DNA of 64,000 nt. It comes from Vermamoeba vermiformis (lineage: Eukaryota). Positions 55,120 through 64,000 of the stretch are shown in pieces (the stretch's first letter is position 1; each line of letters starts with the position of its first letter). The translations under genes were made by a program, and so were the position numbers. The stretch is from the NCBI GenBank assembly GCA_045837725.1, contig JBEWZL010000198.1, positions 124,001 to 188,000 of the forward strand, in the 5' to 3' direction. The notes under the pieces are model-generated. The model was not told the DNA's origin and searched no databases. It saw only the letters and a list, made by a program, of their open reading frames with translations.

Positions 55120-55546
55120 ATTATGATAAAGCTCGGAAAATTAAATTAAAGTTACCTTCTTAGGGTATTAAATCAAGTATTCATGATTATTTAGATTTTC
55201 ACCGATGCTACTAAAAGATGCAGTATGACTGACTTTTTGCCAGATCCCAAGTATCTAATGATTACGCGCGTGTGAATTCCGAAAGCGTAAACACGTACAA
55301 ATTTTGACGTTTTTATCTTTATGGCATTAACGCATATTAGACACTATACCAGTTAGGTATAACGCTAATCAGTCAAGAGTGCTCGTGGCTGCAAGGTAAC
55401 TTTCATGATTAGATCTTCCCTGAATGAGCATGATTAAATGCTGTTCGTTTATTTTATTATTAAATTTACACTTTAAACCTGATTACAGCATTTATTTTTC
55501 TGTCGGCTAAATATTTTTTCAATTAGGGACACGAATCAACGATCCG

Positions 55547-58500
55547 ATGCGGCTTTTGATTCTCTTCGTGCTATATTGCAGCTCATTAGTTGCCACGAGC
55601 AATATAGTTACAAAGCAAACCCAATTGTCTGCAAAACGTGACGGAGTTGGTGGAATCCAAGTTGCAGATCAATTCTATTTTGCTGGTGGCTTCGAACTCC
55701 ATGACTATATTCCCACAAATATTGTCGAAATATACAATATAACATCAGGAGAATGGGAAGAGCCGATTTACTTGCAAGAGCCTCGTGGATTCATCTCCAC
55801 AGCTGTCATCGGTCAAAATATTTATTTTATTGGCGGAACTCGGGTGCTCTACTGCACTGCACTATATAATTCTTCTTCGCATCAATATGAAGATATTGGA
55901 TGTGGACCAACAGTTCGGAAAATACCCGGCCAGATCACGAACCAAAATGCAACAGTTACCATACTAGGAAGTTTCTCGGTGGATCTTTATAACATTACGT
56001 CAAAACAGTGGTACTACTTCCCGAAGCTGACATCATGGATGCAAAATATTAGTAGCGGTTTCTCACTCATTCATGAAAACCTCATCATTGGAGTTGGAGG
56101 TTTCAACGCAACGACGCTGGACCTGATCAATGACGCGTGGATTTACGACACTTTTACAGATGAACTGACAGTATTCAGCAACGCCATTACCACACTCAAC
56201 ACATTAAACACGGCATTCAGATTCACCGTGGCCAACGGCAGGGTCGGCATATACACCGTTGACAGGTTCATTTCGCATCAATTCGGCACGACGGAATGGC
56301 GCGAAGTTTTCGTGAACAATATTTTGCAAGCGGCGATCCTCCCCGACGTTCTATTCTTGGTCAACGACACAAGTTATGCAGTCTATGACTGGAGCACTGA
56401 AACCTTGACATTCACGCTTGACCGAATCTACAACCTTTATCCGTTTGGAAGTCAACTTGTTCTCGATCGAAAAACAGCTCTTCGTATCTATGAAGCTGGA
56501 CAATGGACAGATTTGCAACTCGCTTCATCAATATATACGAACGTTCGTTGGCTCAACAGATTAGTCTTTCAAGGTGCAGACAATCGGTTGCAATTCTATG
56601 ATTCACTCACGAAGAGCATATGGACGTCATCAACAACGCCAGTCAATGTTGTATCGTTTCTTCCATTTGACGACGATAGATTAGTCATATTCATGCCCGG
56701 CCGATTGGCGACCATCTATTACGCTAGCAATGACAGCCTATCAGCAGTTTTCGCCGCTAATATGACGAGTGGCGTCGTCGTTGGCACCGATATTATTGGT
56801 GTAGACTCTCAGACTGTGTTGGTCAACTTGAGTCAGGTGATGCCGTTGACCAGAATGACTTCGTCAGCATCGTCTGATTACACAGTCTTGCGTGGCTACC
56901 TGACTGACTATAATTACATCGATGTCTACAATTATGCGACGCGGTCGTGGCTGCCACAGATATTTATGAACCTAACGCAACAGCTTGGTGTCAACTATCC
57001 AAATATAGTTGTAATTGACGATTTGTTAATCGTAATGAAGAGATTCGGTTATTTTCGCTATAATACCACCACCGGAGAGATATTTGTGAATTTAAGCACG
57101 GCAGTCGCGGCACCCCTGTTCCGCACACTTACCAGAGTTCCCGTCGTTGATCGGATTGGCTATCTTCCTGGCACTGCAGTTTCATCAATGATTTATTTCA
57201 ACTCCACGTACCTCGCATTCGTTGACGCCCTATTCTTACCAGATAGAACCAACCAATTCACTACTAGTCCCGAGAACGTAATATACATGTCGGCTACTTC
57301 TCAAACCGTGTTCTCCAAGATTTTCATTTACAATATCTCAAGCGGAATGTTGGACACGGCGGTATTGCCATCACCACCGTCAAGTGCATTCGTGGCAACT
57401 GTCAACAATGTCACACTTGCGTTCGGCACTGGCGGAGATATCTTTGGATTTTATCATAGTGACCCTTCAAAGTGGTACACGACACCGTTCAACTACAGCA
57501 TATCACCTACTATCATCGAGATTGTGGCTGATGGAACGCTAATGCTGGCCAGCGGAAGACACTTTCAGCTTGGATTTTACAACGACCAGATTCTTTTCGT
57601 CAATGCATCAGCTATCATTGGGCTAGGCTCCGTGGTGTCTGAGCCAGTAACTGGAACAGAACCTACTGCTTACAATGTCCCGCTAGACAGTCCCGGTGGT
57701 GCAAGTGCCTTGGCGACTGGAGAGCTTGCTGCTGCCATCGTTGTCCCGGTTGTAGTTGTCATCGGAGGTGTCATAGCACTCGTCATCGTATTGATCAAAC
57801 GAAGAAAACACAAATCGTCAACTACAATTGGATTGGAGGCACGGTACGGAGCATGGTTCACTCCGTTCAACCAGATCACTTTCGGAGAGCAGCTGGGTCA
57901 AGGAGCATCAGGTCAAGTGTTCAAAGGCACTTGGAAGAACACAACAGTTGCACTCAAAGTGAGCATGACTCAAGCAAACACGAGTGTCATCGCTGAACTC
58001 GAACTCATGATGCAACTCAGACCTCATCCAAATGTCGTTCAGTTGCTTGGCTTCAGTGTGCATCCAGAGACAGACAGCATCATTTTGATCATCGAGTTCT
58101 GTGAAGGTGGTTCTCTCGACTCCACGTTGTACGACGCTGCCGACGACCTGTCACCGCAAACTCAAGTTCAATGGCTCACAGGCGTAGCAAAAGGGCTTGG
58201 TCACTTGCATTCGAACAATGTCGTGCACAGAGATGTTGCAGCGAGGAACGTGTTACTTCACAGAAACGAACCAAAACTGACTGATTTTGGCATGTCACGA
58301 CTCGTTGACGAACAGAAACAACACGGAACAACAAAGTCAGAACTTGGACCAATCAGATGGATGTCACCAGAGTCGTTGAAGAACAAAGAGTACTCCACAA
58401 AGTCAGGTAAGTTCAACACTTTGACACGCGTCAATGACTCGGGACTGATGAAGCATCATTACTAACAAGTAAGTTTTAACAGATATTTGGTCGTTTGGTA

Positions 58501-58727
58501 TTCTCATGTTCGAGGTCATTGCACGACAAGAGCCTCACAACGAAGCAGATCCGATCGAGATTGGTCGATTGATCAGAGACTCAGGTTTGACACCTGTCAT
58601 TCCATCGTCGTGTCATCCTCAACTCGCTGATGTTATGAAGCAATGCTGGCAGATGTCGCCACAATCAAGACCAACTATAGAGGCCATTATTCCAGAATTG
58701 GAGGCAGTACGAATATCGCTTCATTAG
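55547..58727 (+). CDS. Receptor kinase with Kelch-like ectodomain, copy 2; intron 58407-58482
   Basis: 972-aa ORF plus terminal exon; same architecture as copy 1. Confidence 0.92.
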
Positions 58728-59151
58728 ATTATGATAAAGCATCCGGAAAATTAAATTCTAGTTACCTTCTTAGGGTATTAGATCCAGTATTCATGATGAT
58801 TTAGATTTTCCCCGATGCTACTTAAAGATATAGTCTGCTCTGACTTCCAAGTATCTAATGATTACGCGCGTGTGAATTCAGAAAGCGTATTCACGTACAA
58901 ATTTTGACGTTTTTTATCTTTATGGCATTAACGCATATTAGACACTATACCAGTTAGGTATAACGCTAATCAGTCAAGAGTTGTCGTGTCTGGTGCAAGG
59001 TACCTATTCAGATTAGATCTTCCCTGAATGAGCATGATTAAATGCTGTTCCGTTTATTTTATTACTACATTTACACTTTAAACCTGATTACAGCATTTAT
59101 TTTTCTGTCGGCTAAATATTTTTTCAATTAGGACGCGAATCAAAGATCCGG

Positions 59152-62100
59152 ATGCGGCTTTTGATTCTCTTCGTGCTATATTGCAGCTCATTAGTTGCCA
59201 CGAACAATATAATTACAAAGCAAACCCAATTGTCTGCAAAACGTGACGGACTTGGTGGAATCCAAGTTGCAGATCAATTCTATTTTGCTGGTGGCTTCGA
59301 GCTCAACGATTATATTCCCACAAATATTGTCGAAATATACAATATAACATCCGGAGAATGGGAAGAGCCGATTTACTTGGAAGAGCCTCGTGGATTCATC
59401 TCAACAGCTGTCATCGGTCAAAATATTTATTTTATTGGCGGAACTCGGGTGCTCTACTGCACTGCACTATATAATTCTTCTTCGCATCAATATGAAGATA
59501 TTGGATGTGGACCAACAGTTCGGAAAATACCCGTCCAGATCACGAACCAAAATGCAACAGTTACCATACTAGGAAGTTTCTCGGTGGATTTTTATAACAT
59601 TACGTCCAAACAGTGGTACTACTTCCCGAAGCTGACATCATGGATGCAAAATATTAGTAGCGGTTTCTCACTCATTCATGAAAACCTCATCATTGGAGTT
59701 GGAGGTTTCAACGCAACGACGCTCGACTTGATCAATGACGCGTGGATCTACGACACTTATACAGATGAACTGACAGTATTCAGTAACGCCATTACCACAC
59801 TCAACACAGTAAACAAGAGTTTCAAATTCACCGTGGCCAACGGCAGAGTAGGCATATACACCACTGACGATAGGTTCATTTCACATCAATTCGGCACGAC
59901 GGAATGGCGCGAAGTTTTCGTGAACAATATTTTGCAAGCAGCGATCCTCCCCGACGTTCTATTCTTGGTCAATGACACAAGCTATGCAGTCTATGACTGG
60001 AACACTGAAGCCTTGACATTCACGCTTGACCGAATCTACAACATTTATCAGTTTGGAAGTCAACTTGTTCTCCATCGCTTAACCTCGCTTCGTATCTATG
60101 AAGCTGGCCAATGGACAGAATTGCAACTCGCTTCATCAATGTATACTTCCGCTCGATGGCTCAACAGAATAGTCTTTCGAGGTGCAGGCAATCAGTTGCC
60201 ATTCTATGATTCACTCACGAAGAGCATATGGACGTCCTCATCAACAGCGCCATTCAATATTGTGTCGTTTCTTCCATTTGACGACGATAGATTAGTCATA
60301 TTCATGAGCGGCCAATTGGCGACCATCTATTACGCAAGCAATGACAGCCTATCAGCAGTTTTCGCCGCTAATATGACAAGTGGCGTCGTCGTTGGCACCG
60401 ATATTATCAGCTTAGACTCTCAGACTGTGTTGATCAACTTGACTCAGGTGATGCCGTTGACCAGAATGACGACGTCAGCATCGTCTGATTACACAGTCTT
60501 GCGTGGCTACCTGAGCGACTATAATTACATCGATGTCTACAATTATGTGACGCGGTCGTGGCAGCCACAGATATTTATGAACCTAACGCAACAAATTGGT
60601 GTCAACTATCCAAATATAGTTGTAATCGACGATTTGTTAATCGTAATGAAGAGATTCGGTTATTTTCGCTATAATACCACCACCGGAGAGATAGTGACGT
60701 TAAACACGGCAGTCGGGGCACCCTTCTTCCGCACACTTAACAGAGTTCCCATCGTTGATCGGATTGGCTATCTTCCTGGCAGTGCGCCTTCAGCAATGAT
60801 TTCTTTCAACTCCACATCTCTCACATTCGTTGACACCCTATCCTTACCAGAGAGAACCAACCAATTCACTACTAGTCCCGAGAACGTAATCTACATGTCG
60901 GCTAATTCTCAAGGCGTGTTCTCCAAGATTTTCATTTACAATATCTCAAGCGGAATGTTGGACACGGCGGTATTGCCATCACCACCGTCAAGTGCATTCG
61001 TGGCAACTGTCAACAATGTCACGCTGGCATTCGGCACTGGCGGAGATATCTTTGGATTTTATCATAGTGACCCTTCAAAGTGGTACACGACACCGTTTAA
61101 CTACAGCATATCACCTACTATCATCGAGATTGTGGCTGATGGAACGCTAATGCTGGCCAGCGGAAGACATTATCAGCTTGGATTTTACAACGACCAGATT
61201 CTTTTCGTCAACGCGTCAGCTATCATTGCGCTAGCCTCCGTGGTGTCTGAACCGGTAACTGGAACAGAACCTACTTACAATGTCCCGCTAGACAGTCCCA
61301 GTGGCTTGGCGACTGGAGACCTTGTTGCTGCCATCGTTGTCCCGGTTGTGGTTGTCATTGGAGGCGTCATAGCGCTCGTCATTGTGTTGGTAAAGCGAAG
61401 GCGCAACAACAAGAAGAAAGGCTCATCAAACACCGTTGGTCTCGAGGCACGGTTCGGAGCATGGTTCACTCCGTTTGATCAGATCACTTTCGGAGAGCAG
61501 CTCGGTCAAGGAGCATCAGGTCAAGTGTTCAAAGGCACTTGGAAGAACACAACAGTTGCACTCAAAGTGAGCATGACTCAAGCAAACACGAGTGTCATCG
61601 CTGAACTCGAACTCATGATGCAACTCAGACCTCATCCAAATGTCGTTCAGTTGCTTGGCTTTAGCGTGCATCCAGAGACAGACAGCATAATCTTGATCAT
61701 TGAGTTCTGTGAAGGCGGTTCTCTCGATGCCAAGTTGTACGATGAGACACACGAGATATCATTCAAGGATCAAGTTCAATGGCTTGTTGGTGTTGCAAAA
61801 GGACTCAGTCACTTGCATTCGAACAACATCGTGCATCGTGATATCGCAGCGAGAAATGTTCTGATCGACAGAAACGAACCAAAACTGACTGACTTCGGAA
61901 TGTCGCGACTCGTTGACGAACAGAAACAACACGGAACAACAAAGTCAGAACTTGGACCAATCAGATGGATGTCGCCAGAGTCGTTGAAGAACAAAGAGTA
62001 CTCCACAAAGTCAGGTAAAGCGTGCTCTTATTGTGTTACCTGTTCACAAGTCAATAACCTCTTCGTTCAGACGTGTGGTCATTTGGTATTCTCATGTTCG

Positions 62101-62315
62101 AAGTTATTGCACGACAAGAGCCTCACAGCGAAGCAGATCCAATCGAGATTGGACGACTGATCAGAGACTCAGGTTTGACACCTGTCATTCCATCGTCGTG
62201 TCATCCTCAACTCGCTGATGTTATGAAGCAATGCTGGCAGATGTCGCCACAATCAAGACCAACTATAGAGGCCATTATTCCAGAATTGGAGGCAGTACGA
62301 ATATCGCTTCATTAG
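59152..62315 (+). CDS. Receptor kinase with Kelch-like ectodomain, copy 3; intron 62015-62070
   Basis: 1002-aa ORF plus terminal exon; same architecture. Confidence 0.92.
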
Positions 62316-62758
62316 ATTATGACAAAGCATCCGGAAAATTAAATTAAAGTTACCTTCTTCGGTAATTAACTCAAGTATTCATGATGATTTAGATTTTCCC
62401 CGATGCTACTAAAAGATATAGTCTGCTATGACTTTTTGCCAGATACCCCAAGTATCTAATGATTACGCGCGTGTGAATTCAGAAAGCGTATTCACGTACA
62501 AATTTTGACGTTTTTTATCTTTATGGCATTAACGCATATTAGACACTATACCAGTTAGGTATAACGCTAATCAATCAATAGGTCTCGTGTCTAGTGCAAG
62601 GTACCTATTCTAATCATGATTAGATCTTCCCTGAATGAGCATGATTAAATGCTGTTCCGTTTATTTTATTACTGCATTTACACATTTAAACTGGTTACAG
62701 CATTTATTTTTCTGTCGGCTAAATATTTTTTCAATTAGGACGCGAATCAAAGATCCGG

Positions 62759-64000
62759 ATGCGGCTTTTGATTCTCTTCGTGCTATATTGCAGCTCATTA
62801 GTTGCCACGAACAATATAATTACAAAGCAAACCCAATTGTCTGCAAAACGTGACGGAGTTGGCGGCATCCAAGTTGCAGATCAATTTTATTTTGCTGGTG
62901 GCTTCGAACTCCATGACTATATTCCCACAAATATTGTCGAGATATACAATACAACATCGGGAGAATGGGAAGTGCCGATTTACTTGCAAGAGCCTCGTGG
63001 ATTCATCTCCACAGCTGTCATTGGCCAAAATATTTATTTTATTGGCGGAACTCGGGTGCTCTACTGCACTGCACTATATAATTCTTCTTCGCATCAATAT
63101 GAAGATATTGGATGTGGACCAACAGTTCGGAAAATACCCGGCCAGATCACGAACCAAAATGCAACAGTTACCATACTAGGAAGTTTCTCGGTGGATTTTT
63201 ATAACATTACGTCCAAACAGTGGTACAACTTCCCGAAGCTGACATCATGGATGCAAAATATTGGTAGCGGTTTCTCACTCATTCATGAAAACCTCATCAT
63301 TGGAGTTGGAGGTTTCAACGCAACGACGCAGGACCTGATCAATGACGCGTGGATTTACGACACTTCTAAAGATGAACTGACAGTATTCAGCAACGCCATT
63401 ACCACACTCAACACATTAAACAAGAATTTCAGATTCACCGTGGCCAACGGCAGAGTCGGCATTTTCACCACGGACAGGTAAACGACAAGTCTACCATGAG
63501 CTGCAGCGAAGCTAAAAGACGGACAGGTTCATTTCTCATCAGTTCGGCACGACGGAATGGCGCGAAGTTTTCGTGAACAATATTTTGCAAGCAGCGATCC
63601 TCCCCGACGTTCTATTCTTGATCAACGACACAAGTTATGCGGTCTATGACTGGAACACTGAAGCCTTGATATTCACGCTTGACCGAATCTACAACATTTA
63701 TCCGTTTGGAAGTCAACTTGTTCTCGATCGAAAAACGGCTCTTCGTATCTATGAAGCTGGCCAATGGACAGAATTGCAACTCGCTTCATCAATATATACG
63801 AACGTTCGTTGGCTCAACAGATTAGTCTTTCAAGGTGCAGGCAATCAGTTGCAATTTTACGATTCACTCACGAAGAGCATAAGCACGTCATCAACAACGC
63901 CAGTCAATGTTGTATCGTTTCTTCCATTTGACGACGATAGATTAGTCATATTCATGCCCGGCCAATTGGCGACCATCTATTACGCTAGCAATGACAGTCT
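62759..64000 (+). CDS. Receptor kinase copy 4, 3' end outside window, with copy-specific intron 63478-63526
   Basis: Near-identical to the N-termini of copies 2 and 3; the frame is restored by removing 63478-63526. Confidence 0.85.
63478..63526 (+). other. Paralog-specific 49-nt GT-AG intron flanked by a direct repeat
   Basis: ACGGACAG|GTAAAC...GCTAAAAGACGGACAG|GT; absent at the homologous site in copies 2 and 3. Confidence 0.8.

Larger units (their letters stand above)
55120..64000 (+). repeat. Tandem repeat units of about 3.6 kb (gene plus spacer)
   Basis: Spacers 55120-55546, 58728-59151 and 62316-62758 are highly similar; ATGs at 55547, 59152 and 62759 are about 3606 bp apart. Confidence 0.9.

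Overview
Gene-dense, intron-rich eukaryotic nuclear DNA from a protist. It looks amoebozoan (short introns, receptor kinases with tyrosine-kinase motifs, trpD present), but the taxon cannot be fixed from this window. About 24 genes or gene remnants: trpD (5'-truncated), a SLOG/cpYpsA protein, a BCS1-like AAA ATPase, an ABCB half-transporter, a VOC protein, a secreted C45 Ntn-hydrolase, an F-box/LRR protein, a tandem array of 2OG-Fe(II) oxygenases, a BTB-BACK protein, RPC34, three Cys-rich GPI-type surface proteins, MUTYH head-to-head with a claspin/Mrc1-like gene, U2AF65, a DeSI-PUL protein, an ankyrin protein and four tandem Kelch-ectodomain receptor kinases. Highlights: (1) an apparently newly gained 49-nt intron flanked by a direct repeat in only one kinase paralog (63478-63526); (2) a U12-type AT-AC intron in trpD (504-677); (3) a branch-point-rich long intron in U2AF65; (4) at least 11 single-base insertions that read as two alleles of a SNP written side by side, most likely a consensus artefact. 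All gene models were spliced by eye and family calls come from motif recognition, not database searches.
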